From an uncultured archaeon (GTDB taxonomy: Archaea > Thermoplasmatota > Penumbrarchaeia > JASLWR01): a DNA stretch of 64,000 bases. The translations under genes and the position numbers were made by a program. This document shows positions 35,674 through 45,849 of the stretch, piece by piece; the first letter of the stretch is position 1; the number at the start of each line of letters is the position of its first letter. A model generated the notes under the pieces. The model searched no databases, had not been told where the DNA came from, and was given only the letters and a program-made list of their open reading frames with translations. The DNA lies in contig CAYFHS010000021.1 of NCBI GenBank assembly GCA_964342815.1, forward strand, positions 1 to 64,000, written 5' to 3'.

Positions 35674-36954
35674 AAATCTACGAAGTCAAATAAAATTCCC
35701 CGCTCATATCGTATTATAATTTTGCTTCGGAAAGTGTATTAAACAAAACGTTTTCTAATTATTTATAAGCCCTCTGCACTAAACATCGCCACATTAGGAT
35801 TTTATGGAAAGTGATATTGGTCTTAAATCCAATACCCTTATTACGACCTTCCTCTTATGGTTTGGAATTTTCGCGTATTACTGCTAATGACGCAAGAAAT
35901 CAAAATTACTGTAAACACCTCCTATCTCCCTACTGCTTCCCCCCTCCCTTCTAGTAAAAGTGAGGAATCATTTACTCCGGTGGTTCGGGAAATCGAGGAC
36001 ATTCACTAAGGGTATTGGCTTTGTGGACAGTCCCATATATGCTCACAAAATCAAACTTATTTGAACATCGCCTCCTCAAAGATAACAACTTTAAAACCCC
36101 CCATTATCAGAGATATACTTTTTTGTACTAGGTAATCCTTTTTTGGAAAATATACATTCACTAGGTGACACTTAACATTTCCACAAACTCAATGTCCATT
36201 CTATATCTCATATTAAGGACGACTACGCTCTTAAAACCGATATATCAGGTTCGCAAGTAACTCGTTTATATGGGCAAGTTAAATCCCAATTTTTTCATCA
36301 TTTAGGAAATACAGACCATGCCTACTTTGTTCCGCAGAATCAGATATACTGCTGCACCTTCGATTTCCTTTGGAAATCTGCAGGTCCAGTCGATTTTTTC
36401 GTCAATTGCGAGAACTGTACCTCCCTCTTTTTTTGGGCTGCTTTTTCCAAAAAAGAAGTTTTGTGCCGCTTTTTTTTCTAAAAAAAAAAGTGGTTTTTCA
36501 TTCGAAAATACTCCTGGTTTAAGGTAAAACCTGGAAGTGTTTCAGTAAGTAAATTAGAAATGACGTTATTGAATATACAGGTTTGGATTATTTTCGTTTA
36601 ATCTATGTTTTTCAAAAATCTCCAGAGATATTTTAAGTCCATGGAAATATTACAAAATCTGAATGTGATCACTTGCGTCGACACGAGAATTAAATTGCAT
36701 CTTATGAAATATATTATTTTCTTGGCAATTCATAGGGATAACTGCCTTTCCCTCGATACTTCATAGACAAATATTATATAAGTTATTAGCAATCTCCCCG
36801 TTTGTTAGATTCGGAGTACAATCCTTTTTTAGAGGATTCCCGAAAACTGTTGTACTACTATCTCTAGGAGAAACTGCCTCTGATTATTACCCGTACGATA
36901 ATGCATTGTAAATCAAATGCAATTCAGAAAAATGGAGTTTGATGGGGAGAGGTT

Positions 36955-37359
36955 ATGTTGAAAGGAAATATCGCAACTTCGAATATATCGGATGTCTTCG
37001 AGAAGTACTATTGGTCCGAGATTGACGAAAAGACGATTTCCCAAAATGATGTTTCGGAACCTCTTCTTGACCTTATCGATCATGTCGAGAAAGCCATCAA
37101 CGTTGGTTTGGAAAAACGGGGAGTATGTGCTTATGCTGGCTCCGTCCTTCTTTTCTTGGTGCTCGAAGGAACCGGCAGGAAATTTTCTTATAACATCGAC
37201 GAAACCAACGACCTCTATAAGGAGGGAAAGATAATGGCAGGCAATCTCTGGGATGCTCTTGTTGATGGCTTGACCTCAGTGAATATCAAGAAACAGGTGA
37301 GTGGGTCCCTCTGGAACGACTATTTGCGACGCCATCCCAAAAAAAGGTCGGGAGAATGA
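36955..37359 (+). CDS. Hypothetical protein, first gene of the cupredoxin operon
   Basis: 134-aa ORF with a purine-rich RBS (GGGAGAGG) and a 6-nt gap to the next gene. No family recognised. Confidence 0.65.
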   Translation: MLKGNIATSNISDVFEKYYWSEIDEKTISQNDVSEPLLDLIDHVEKAINVGLEKRGVCAYAGSVLLFLVLEGTGRKFSYNIDETNDLYKEGKIMAGNLWDALVDGLTSVNIKKQVSGSLWNDYLRRHPKKRSGE

Positions 37360-37365
37360 TCGACC

Positions 37366-39351
37366 ATGGCCAAGATCAACAAATTCAGAAAGGGAAATAT
37401 CATATTCGTCCTCATCATCTTAGTGCTACTTTTAGCTCCTCTGGGCATATCATATGTCATTATCACGGGAAAAGCTCAGAAGGTCCTCCGAGCTTTCGAA
37501 TTATCCGATGAAGACGGCGAAGCCAGGATCATCGATATTACGGCATCCCAGTTCCAATTCAATCCCAATGTTATTCGTGTTGGCCTCGGCGAGAAGATCA
37601 TTTTCAGGGTGACTTCCACTGATGTGATGCATGGATTTTATATAGACGGGAAAGATGTGTTCGCAGAGGTTCCACCTGGAGAGACCATTGAAGTAGGGCC
37701 TTTACAATTCAACCAGCCGGGCAAGTTCAAGATACGTTGTGCCATTACCTGCGGGCCATTACATCCATTCATGATCGCTGACCTGATCGTGGAACCTGAT
37801 TATACCCTATTCGTTTTTGTCGCTCTCACTGTGTTAACTGCCATAACTGTACTCCTGTACGTTAAAACCAAGGGTCGGGAAGACAGGATACTGGGCATCA
37901 ATCGCAAAGTAAAAATAGATGTCCTTAAAAGGGTTAGAATTATTGGTCCCTTATTGAAAAGGGTCCTCCAGTGGAGAGGGATACATTTTCTGCTTATTTT
38001 ACCTAATCTTCTGTTTTTCATGTTAATATTTGCAACAGGTTTTTTTGGAAACCCAACTGGGAATAAGAACTTTTCCATTGCGGTTGTTTGGATCCTTTGG
38101 TTCGCACTTATCGAATTTATGATTATATTTGCAAGTCGGACCTGGTGCACCATGTGTCCCCTACCCGCCGTGGGTGAGTGGATCGCCAGAAGACGTTTTG
38201 TTGGTGTTCATAAGGTAAGGAAATGGTTTTCATTGAACAAAAAATGGCCAAAATCACTTGACAATATGTGGATCGGTGCGCTCTCATTCCTTGTTATGTC
38301 TCTGATGATACTTTGGCTCGTCACGAGGCCAGTGATATCAGCCATTCTTTTTTTAATACTCATAATTATGGGGACCGTACTATACTTGATAGTACCAGCA
38401 AGGCACTTCTGTAGAAGCATCTGTCCTGCCGGTGCATATATCGGTTATCACTCTAATGAATCGATCTTCGAGGTACGCTCAAGAAGCAAAGCCATATGCG
38501 ACGCTCATCCGGGTAAAGAATGTATCAGAGGAAGTCCCAAAGGCTATGGTTGTCCGTGGAAACTTTACCCTGGAGGCAACCAAGAGAATACCTATTGCGG
38601 CCAGTGCTACGAATGTCTTAAAAACTGTCCCCTTGACAATATGACCATAAAAGCCAGGATGATCGGGGAGGACCTCCCGGAAAAGGCGATTAGGACCAAG
38701 AACAACTATGACGAATCATGGATGGGTTTTATCAGATTCTCTCTCGTTATTTTCTACACACTTGCGTTCTTCGGGCCCTACTGGTTCTTAAAGGACTGGG
38801 GAAATATGGGCAATCCTTATGGCGCCAATCTGGCTTCTATCAATCTTCTCATGCCGACAATGGGTGGGTTCCAGAAATGGCTCAATTGGGCACTATTGGT
38901 TTCTTTTGTCGCCTTGATTGGTTTCCCTGCGATCTTTTACGGATTTTCCTGGCTGGCCAGAAAAGCAGCAAAAGTGAAGGATATCCCGACCAAGGATATG
39001 TTCGGCGCTTACAGCTATGTCCTCGCCCCATTCGGTTTAACGCTATGGATAGGTTTCGCCATTACGCTTATTTTGGTCAATTGGGCTTATCCTGTAAATG
39101 CTTTTTCTGATCCCTTCGGTTGGGGTTGGAACCTTTTTGGATTCAAGTTCGATTGGTATCCCATCTTCCCAAACTTGATTCCCTTTATCCAATTACCCCT
39201 GATTCTATTGGGTCTTGCCCTTGCGATCAACTTCACTTACATCATTTCGCTCAAGTTCTTTAATGGAAGGAAACCCGCTTTCAGGTCCACCGCAGTTATG
39301 ACTGTCCTTTATACTGGTTCCGCGTTGTTATTCGTTTACTTAATAGGGTGA
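37366..39351 (+). CDS. CuA-type cupredoxin fused to a NapH/NosR-like membrane polyferredoxin
   Basis: CuA ligand pattern DVMHGF...CAITCGPLHPFM. The membrane part has WCTMCP, HFCRSICP and CGQCYECLKNCP across many TM helices. Confidence 0.82.
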   Translation: MAKINKFRKGNIIFVLIILVLLLAPLGISYVIITGKAQKVLRAFELSDEDGEARIIDITASQFQFNPNVIRVGLGEKIIFRVTSTDVMHGFYIDGKDVFAEVPPGETIEVGPLQFNQPGKFKIRCAITCGPLHPFMIADLIVEPDYTLFVFVALTVLTAITVLLYVKTKGREDRILGINRKVKIDVLKRVRIIGPLLKRVLQWRGIHFLLILPNLLFFMLIFATGFFGNPTGNKNFSIAVVWILWFALIEFMIIFASRTWCTMCPLPAVGEWIARRRFVGVHKVRKWFSLNKKWPKSLDNMWIGALSFLVMSLMILWLVTRPVISAILFLILIIMGTVLYLIVPARHFCRSICPAGAYIGYHSNESIFEVRSRSKAICDAHPGKECIRGSPKGYGCPWKLYPGGNQENTYCGQCYECLKNCPLDNMTIKARMIGEDLPEKAIRTKNNYDESWMGFIRFSLVIFYTLAFFGPYWFLKDWGNMGNPYGANLASINLLMPTMGGFQKWLNWALLVSFVALIGFPAIFYGFSWLARKAAKVKDIPTKDMFGAYSYVLAPFGLTLWIGFAITLILVNWAYPVNAFSDPFGWGWNLFGFKFDWYPIFPNLIPFIQLPLILLGLALAINFTYIISLKFFNGRKPAFRSTAVMTVLYTGSALLFVYLIG

Positions 39352-39357
39352 TATAGC

Positions 39358-39774
39358 ATGGTAAAGAGATCCAGCAAAATCAGATGGGAAGTCATCGCCG
39401 GTGCGATCGTGCTCCTTACGCTTGCCATGTTTCTTGTGCCGAGATTGGACGACATGGTAATGGGAAAGGATACAAATACCATACTTATTCGTGCGTCGAT
39501 CAAAGAAGCTGGAGGCTTTGACAAACGCTCCATCGAAGTGAAAGCAGGTGAGAAGATCACATTCGATATATACAGCATGGATATGACTCACAGTTTTATT
39601 ATCAATGACGAGAGGCTGGAGTCGAATGTTAATACAGGGCCGATACACACGGGAGAACACAAGACAGTAGAGGTAGTTTTTGACGAACCGGGAGAGTATA
39701 TCTTCAGATGCGGAGTCTACTGCAGCGATCTTCACGGTGCCATGACGGGCAAGATAACCGTGCTAGAGAAATGA
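39358..39774 (+). CDS. Membrane-anchored CuA-type cupredoxin
   Basis: N-terminal TM helix, MTHSF and RCGVYCSDLHGAM (C-x3-C-x3-H-x2-M). Confidence 0.85.
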   Translation: MVKRSSKIRWEVIAGAIVLLTLAMFLVPRLDDMVMGKDTNTILIRASIKEAGGFDKRSIEVKAGEKITFDIYSMDMTHSFIINDERLESNVNTGPIHTGEHKTVEVVFDEPGEYIFRCGVYCSDLHGAMTGKITVLEK

Positions 39775-40409
39775 GAGAAATGGATGAGAAACATATGAGT
39801 GAATATGGGAAAAAAGGCATAACAGTCACCCTCATGGTGATCGCAATACTTGTGATTCTATCTCTTGTTAGCGGATGTGTTTTATTAAACCAAATAAACG
39901 AAAACGATGAGGGGCTCCCGGTCATCCGGAAAGCCTCCGATTTCACTCTGATCAATCAGGACAATAAAAGCGTAACATTGAGCAAACTTCAAGGCAAGAC
40001 AGTGCTTATGTGCTTCATTTACATCCGGTGTGAGATGCCTATGATGTGTCCTCGAACGACCCAAAACTTCAGGTTGATCCAGGATATCCTGCCGGAAAAT
40101 GCCAGAACGGAAACCTCACTTATAACAATCACATTTGATCCCGATTACGATACCCCTGAAAAGTTGAGGGAATACGGCGAGGCGTACGGTGCCAACTTCA
40201 CTAGTTGGCAGTTCCTCACCGGAGACAATGAATCCATCGGCAAGGTGATGGACGACTACAATGTCTATTACAATAAAACTGAAAACGAAACCTACAGTCA
40301 TACAATGCTCGCAGTCCTTATCGATAAGGATGGGGACGTGAGAAAGGAATATTTTGGCTCCATGTGGAAAGCCAAAACGGTAACAGCTGATATTGTAGAA
40401 GTGATGTAA
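39771..40409 (+). CDS. SCO1/SenC-family copper chaperone
   Basis: ASDFTLINQD, FIYIRCEMPMMCP, TFDPDYDTPEKL, WQFLTG and YSHT. ATG 39771 overlaps the upstream TGA. Confidence 0.9.
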   Translation: MREMDEKHMSEYGKKGITVTLMVIAILVILSLVSGCVLLNQINENDEGLPVIRKASDFTLINQDNKSVTLSKLQGKTVLMCFIYIRCEMPMMCPRTTQNFRLIQDILPENARTETSLITITFDPDYDTPEKLREYGEAYGANFTSWQFLTGDNESIGKVMDDYNVYYNKTENETYSHTMLAVLIDKDGDVRKEYFGSMWKAKTVTADIVEVM

Positions 40410-40841
40410 ATGACTATTACAAAGAAGATTATACAGGGAGTTAAATTCCCGCCAATCATGTTCTTTATTATAATTCTCTTAATATATTCCGGTTTCAACG
40501 GATATGTGAAGTTTTTTGCAGAAGGGACCAACTGGGAGGACGGCGAGATCATTCATATGAATGCTACGCAGTTCGAGTTTAGTCCAAATAATTTCACAGT
40601 GGTCAAAGACACTTTGGTCGTTTTGAATATTTACTCCATGGGCGAAATAGAGTCCGGGTTCACAATGCACGGTTTTTATCTGGAAGACTACGAGATCTCA
40701 AAGATACTGCCCTTCGGGGAAACCACTACAATTAGATTCAAGGCCGACAAGGTGGGGACCTTTAATTTCATGTGTACAGTAACTTGCGGTTCAGGACATT
40801 TGGAAATGTGGGGGCAGCTCATAGTCGTGGAGGACCTGTAA
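40410..40841 (+). CDS. Membrane-anchored CuA-type cupredoxin (COX2/NosZ C-terminal-like)
   Basis: N-terminal TM helix, MHGFYL and MCTVTCGSGHLEM. Confidence 0.85.
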   Translation: MTITKKIIQGVKFPPIMFFIIILLIYSGFNGYVKFFAEGTNWEDGEIIHMNATQFEFSPNNFTVVKDTLVVLNIYSMGEIESGFTMHGFYLEDYEISKILPFGETTTIRFKADKVGTFNFMCTVTCGSGHLEMWGQLIVVEDL

Positions 40842-40905
40842 TGATGCGTAGCATTCTGATATTTCGAAAGAACGGTGGCGAGCATTCTGGCGGGAGGATA
40901 TCGAG

Positions 40906-43617
40906 ATGAAGAAAATGAACGACGAACTAGTAGAGGGACTTAAGGGACATTTTGGTGACCGTGCCGTGTTCAGTTATAATGAGATGCTGCCATATTCCCA
41001 CGATGTAGGGGCTTTGCCAGGGGAGATCAATCTTCTACTAAAAAGGATGCCGGAAGCCATTATCCAGCCGATTACGACGGACGAACTGAAGTATCTTCTC
41101 GATGCAGCCCATAAATATGAGATACCCCTGGTTCCCCGAGGATCCGGCACCTCCGGTGTCGGGGGGGCCGTACCTGTTAAGGGCGGTATCGTTGTGGACT
41201 TCAATCGCATGGATAGGATCATTGATATAGACGAAAAAAACAAGACCGTCTCAGTTGAACCCGGGATAATCTGGGATCCATTGGAAAAGGAACTAAATAA
41301 GAGTGGATTATCGCTTCGTATTTATCCAACCAGCTCTCTATCGTCAACAGTCGGGGGCTGGGTCGCGCAAGGCGGCATCGGCATCGGCAGCTTCCAATTC
41401 GGGTCCATAAGGAACAACATCGAATCCCTGAAACTCCTCAATCCCCTAAAAGAACTCGTGGAAATTCGAGGAAGTGACCTCGATGTTGTGGCCGACTGCG
41501 AGGGGATAACCGGCTTCATAACCCAGGTCACACTCAAGGTGAGGGATTTAGATGAGACTATCCCCGTCCTCAGCTGGTACGACACTGCCGAGGACATCGC
41601 ACGAGTGCTCCTGGAACTTGCGAAAAGCAAGCTATCCTTGTGGTCAATTGGGCTCAACTCTCCAAAATGTATCGAGATGGAGAGAGAGGCCGAGGCCGAG
41701 GGCGAGGGTAATTTGCATCCCCCAATGGGAAAGTATGTACTTTTGGTCGCCATGCCAAAGAGCAATTACAGGAAAGAGGGGGGCAAGCTTAAGAAAATAC
41801 TGACCGCGAAAGGAAAGGGCGAGATAGGAGACAAAAAGCTTGCATCCCATAAGTGGGAGAACCGGTTCTATCCCATGAGGATAAAGGCCATCGGACCCTC
41901 ACTGATACCGGGCGAGGTGTACATGCCATTGGAGAAATTGGCGGAATTTCTTAAACATTTCGAGAAAAAGTTCGGCAAAGAACCTATTGCTCTCGAGGGA
42001 ACACTGGCAAACAAGTCCGAAGCAAGCCTTTTGGCATTCATGCTCCATGATGAAAGAACTTTCGACTACGCGTTCGGCTGGGGTTTTCCCATCAGGTTCC
42101 TCTCCCTTGCGAAAAAGTACAAGGGCAGAACCTACCAGACTGGGATATTCCTCCCCCTCGAGGTGAAGAACTTCTATGGTAAAGAAAGATATTCGCGTAT
42201 TAAAAAGTTCAAAATAAAAAATGACCCGTCAAACATAATGAATCCAGGGAAATTGATAACACCCGCTTTATCCTCTCCATTGCTTCTCAAGGGCATGATG
42301 ATGACATCGGGTCCAATGCTGAAGATGGCCTCATGGGCTCTGCCGTACCAACGTCCATTGGATGAATATAAGGTCAATGATAAGATAGCTGCCGGGCTCA
42401 AGAAGCAAAATTCGGACAATGGTCTACATTTATGGGATCTATATGCTTGCGCGCAGTGCGGTTACTGTAAGACCGTCTGCCCGATGTTCAAAACACGCAG
42501 GGTCGATACGGCATCGCCCCATGGGAAGCTCTATCAGCTCAAACAGTACTTTACAAACAATGATGCTATTAACCACAGGACCGGGGTAGGCTTTCTTCCT
42601 GACGAAGAATGGGTCGAAAAGATGTACTGCACTCTTTGCTCCAGATGCGAAACCATTTGTCATGTGAACATCAAGTTCCATGAGTACTGGGAAGAAATTC
42701 GGCATTGGATGGCAAAGAAAGGACACGGACCTCCCAAAAACGCAGTGAATATGTATAAATCAATATTCGACCCTACATATTGGAACCCGTTCCAAGAACC
42801 CAGGGAGAAGAGAGACGAATGGTACAGGGATGACTATAAGCTCCCAGAAAAGGCGGAGGTGGTCTATTTCGTTGGTTGTATGACGGCATACCACGAGTAT
42901 AAACTTCTCTTTAGCTACCTGAAGATATTCACCAAGGCGGGGTTGAATTTCACCACATTGGGTCCGGATGAAAAGTGCTGTGGAGCTATCAACCTGTTCA
43001 CAGGACAACCGGAAAACTTTGAAGAATTGGCCCGTTACAACATAGGCCAGGTCGAAAAACGCGGCGCTCATACGGTGGTCACAGGATGTCCCGGATGCTA
43101 TAGAGCTCTTAATAAATACAAAAAAATCGTTGATTACGATTACGAGATGCTCCATACATCTGAACTTATAGCGAGGCTTATCCGTAACGGCAAACTCAAG
43201 CTGACCCGCAAGTTCCAATCTAAGAAAAATCCTGTCATCTATCACGATCCCTGTGAATTGGGTCGCATTCCAGAGCTTGAACTCGGAAGGGGTGTCTACG
43301 ATGATCCCCGATTCATACTGAATAGCGTTCCAGGTCTGGAACTCATTGAGTTCGAAAGCAATAAGAGGAACTCTGACTGCTGCGGGGGAGGGGGTGGATT
43401 AAAGGCTGTGGATTACGACATAAGCACAGAGATAACCAGACGGCGTGTTAACGCCGGTCTGGAGCTTGGAGCTACCACCATTGCCTCGATGTGCAACAAC
43501 TGCAAGAACCAGATGTATCCGGTGGCAAAAGATATGAAATTAGAATTCAAGGAAGCAGGAGATAAGCGTAACATCAATATAATAGATGTGGCCGAGATCG
43601 TGGCTAGAGCCATCTGA
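40906..43617 (+). CDS. FAD-linked oxidoreductase (GlcD/D-lactate dehydrogenase-like) fused to 2[4Fe-4S] and CCG domains (GlcF/HdrD-like)
   Basis: PRGSGTSGVGG, VEPG, PTSSLSSTVGGW, MNPGKL, CAQCGYCKTVCP, CTLCSRCETIC, YFVGC, KCCG, YHDPC and DCCGGGGG. Confidence 0.9.
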   Translation: MKKMNDELVEGLKGHFGDRAVFSYNEMLPYSHDVGALPGEINLLLKRMPEAIIQPITTDELKYLLDAAHKYEIPLVPRGSGTSGVGGAVPVKGGIVVDFNRMDRIIDIDEKNKTVSVEPGIIWDPLEKELNKSGLSLRIYPTSSLSSTVGGWVAQGGIGIGSFQFGSIRNNIESLKLLNPLKELVEIRGSDLDVVADCEGITGFITQVTLKVRDLDETIPVLSWYDTAEDIARVLLELAKSKLSLWSIGLNSPKCIEMEREAEAEGEGNLHPPMGKYVLLVAMPKSNYRKEGGKLKKILTAKGKGEIGDKKLASHKWENRFYPMRIKAIGPSLIPGEVYMPLEKLAEFLKHFEKKFGKEPIALEGTLANKSEASLLAFMLHDERTFDYAFGWGFPIRFLSLAKKYKGRTYQTGIFLPLEVKNFYGKERYSRIKKFKIKNDPSNIMNPGKLITPALSSPLLLKGMMMTSGPMLKMASWALPYQRPLDEYKVNDKIAAGLKKQNSDNGLHLWDLYACAQCGYCKTVCPMFKTRRVDTASPHGKLYQLKQYFTNNDAINHRTGVGFLPDEEWVEKMYCTLCSRCETICHVNIKFHEYWEEIRHWMAKKGHGPPKNAVNMYKSIFDPTYWNPFQEPREKRDEWYRDDYKLPEKAEVVYFVGCMTAYHEYKLLFSYLKIFTKAGLNFTTLGPDEKCCGAINLFTGQPENFEELARYNIGQVEKRGAHTVVTGCPGCYRALNKYKKIVDYDYEMLHTSELIARLIRNGKLKLTRKFQSKKNPVIYHDPCELGRIPELELGRGVYDDPRFILNSVPGLELIEFESNKRNSDCCGGGGGLKAVDYDISTEITRRRVNAGLELGATTIASMCNNCKNQMYPVAKDMKLEFKEAGDKRNINIIDVAEIVARAI

Positions 43618-43690
43618 GACTCTGCCTATGCTAATACATTTGAAAATGATGAGCTTGGTTATTATACTTTGAAACAAAACATAAAGAGGG

Positions 43691-43957
43691 ATGCAAATGA
43701 TAATAAGTAAATGTGGATACGCTTGTAGCGAGTGCCTATTTTTGGGAGAACTATGCGAGGGATGTACTCTAGACAATCCTATATCTAGATCCTGTAAAGC
43801 TATTGTGTGCCTGGCTCAAAAGGATTATAAAAATTGTTTGAAATGCTCTCGTCATGGTGAGTGCAAAGTTCTGGTCAATGCTGTATACTACTGCCCATGT
43901 AGACATTCTGTAACAACTGCCTTACGGCATAAATTCAAGGAAAGAGGTGTATGCTGA
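43691..43957 (+). CDS. Small Cys-rich protein, DUF3795-like
   Basis: SKCGYACSEC...CEGC...C.AIVC..QK....C..C pattern. Confidence 0.6.
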   Translation: MQMIISKCGYACSECLFLGELCEGCTLDNPISRSCKAIVCLAQKDYKNCLKCSRHGECKVLVNAVYYCPCRHSVTTALRHKFKERGVC

Positions 43958-44766
43958 TGATCGTTATAACGAGACTTAAACCTGATGGAGATCCAAAAAA
44001 ACTGTGGAATTTTCTATCCAAAGAAATGGAATCAAATCGATACAAGTTCACTCCCCTTTATTTGACTCACAGTCATAATAGAGAGGATATCAGTTTGGTT
44101 ACCGAAACGGATGATATCGAGGAAGTTCATAGATTTGTCCTGGAGAAGATCGTCCCAATGGAATCTTTGAGAGGTATGTGGATATTTAACCTAATAACCC
44201 CTCATTTCTACGATGTTCCAGATGATCTATCTCCAGCCTTGCAGAGATTCACGATCACCATACAAGTTCGACCAGAGTTCTACACTGCTGTGTTCGAAAA
44301 CTTGAAAAATTTAAACACGGGAAAGGGCATCATTCCAACTTTTGTGGCATTCACACATCACAACTATGGAAACGACTTAATTCTTTCCCTTCTTGGTAAT
44401 AACATCAATACGGTAGAAAAGTTCCTCACCAATCGTATTCGTCCTATGAATGGGGTAAGCGATATTTCCGTGATTTCAGTGGAGACAAAGATGCTCAAGG
44501 CTAATTTCTCTTTGGTCAGTGAGGTTATTGTGAGCGGCTGCGGGATTGTATGCAGTGATTGTATAAGGAAGAGTACTGGCAAGTGTCCTGGCTGCTTAGT
44601 CGATAATGGAGAGTTACAGGGGTGTGCAATTATTCAATGTCTCGCAGAAAAAAATCTCAAATATTGTTTAGCATGCAATCGTAGACTTGTTTGCCAAAAA
44701 ATGAAGGAATCAATGATGAGTTGTCCTTTGGAGCACATGAGAGAGTACTCTTTACATTTTAGATAA
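43951..44766 (+). CDS. Tandem Lrp/AsnC ligand-binding-like domains + C-terminal DUF3795-like Cys cluster
   Basis: Two similar ferredoxin-fold segments, then SGCGIVCSDC...CPGC...C.IIQC..EK....C..C. Confidence 0.55.
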   Translation: MLMIVITRLKPDGDPKKLWNFLSKEMESNRYKFTPLYLTHSHNREDISLVTETDDIEEVHRFVLEKIVPMESLRGMWIFNLITPHFYDVPDDLSPALQRFTITIQVRPEFYTAVFENLKNLNTGKGIIPTFVAFTHHNYGNDLILSLLGNNINTVEKFLTNRIRPMNGVSDISVISVETKMLKANFSLVSEVIVSGCGIVCSDCIRKSTGKCPGCLVDNGELQGCAIIQCLAEKNLKYCLACNRRLVCQKMKESMMSCPLEHMREYSLHFR

Positions 44767-44864
44767 AAATATTATGGGGCGATAACGAATATTCGGAAGA
44801 ATCCTGAGATCGTGCATTGCACCGGTAATAAATAACTTTAAAGGTTATTCAAATCCAAACAAAG

Positions 44865-45812
44865 GTGGTGTTAACTTTATCAAATAATATGGTAAAAAAC
44901 GATAGAGGCAATGGCACTCGATACTCCCTACCAAAACTTATTTTGTCGATATTACACTTCGTTGGTATTGAGTTTTGGATAGTGGCGATGGGCCCGTTCT
45001 ATATAGGTTGGGCCATTGCCAAGCAACAAACCTATCCGGACTCCCTCGGTATATTGGGTTTGGTCACTATAGGTCCATTATTGGGAGGTTTTACATTCCT
45101 GTTCAACGATTACAGCGATATGCTGAACGATAATGAACATCGGCGTAAAAAAACCTCCCCTCTTCTCAAGGGGGTAATCGAACCAAAAATGATACTGTAC
45201 TCTTCCTACGCCTTGGGATTATTGGGAGTGTTTTTGGCATTCATAATATCTTTTGAATTTGCTTTGATAGCTATATTTATCGTAATATTATCTCTTTCAT
45301 ACTCACATCCGTCAATCAAACTCAAAGCAGTAGGCGGCTTTGATATAACCATTAATATGATAGGTATAGGACTCTTGTGCCCATTGGGGGGTTGGATCAT
45401 CGGTGGTAGGAATGTTTTTGATTTTCCAATTTATTTTTTGTTATCTATAGTTCTTATTATCGGAGGATTATATGCTCCTACCACGGTGGCAGATTATGAT
45501 GTAGACAAAGCCCATGGAGTAAAAACGTTAGCCGTGCGCTTAGGACCCCGGAGAACCATTATTCTGGCTCACGTTCTTCTAGTAACGGGCATTGCATCCT
45601 TGATAATAGAGGGATGGTTCGACTATGTATTAACCCGCCAGATACTTTATAAAACCTGGCCTTTTCTGGTTATCCAGCCCCTAATCTATTTGATCTTCCT
45701 TAGAAAACCCACTTATTCCAATATCGTAGCCGCACTGGTTCTGGTGAGCATTGTTTCTGGTTTGGGCACTATGCTTTTTCTATTGTATTATTCAGGGCAG
45801 CTCCAACCGTGA
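44865..45812 (+). CDS. UbiA-family prenyltransferase
   Basis: Asp-rich motifs FNDYSDMLND and VADYDVD..GVKTLAVRLG, with about 9 TM helices. Confidence 0.88.
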   Translation: MVLTLSNNMVKNDRGNGTRYSLPKLILSILHFVGIEFWIVAMGPFYIGWAIAKQQTYPDSLGILGLVTIGPLLGGFTFLFNDYSDMLNDNEHRRKKTSPLLKGVIEPKMILYSSYALGLLGVFLAFIISFEFALIAIFIVILSLSYSHPSIKLKAVGGFDITINMIGIGLLCPLGGWIIGGRNVFDFPIYFLLSIVLIIGGLYAPTTVADYDVDKAHGVKTLAVRLGPRRTIILAHVLLVTGIASLIIEGWFDYVLTRQILYKTWPFLVIQPLIYLIFLRKPTYSNIVAALVLVSIVSGLGTMLFLLYYSGQLQP

Positions 45813-45849
45813 AAATCTCATATCATATTGTCTATGATGTGAATCTCGA

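Noticed and set aside
37366-40841. Calling the cupredoxins nosZ or coxB/coxII
   Set aside because: There is no NosZ beta-propeller or CuZ His motifs and no oxidase subunit I in the window. Only the CuA domain is supported.
42646-42663. CETICH in the FAD oxidoreductase as another heme c site
   Set aside because: It is the end of a CxxCxxCxxxC ferredoxin motif in a protein with no signal peptide.
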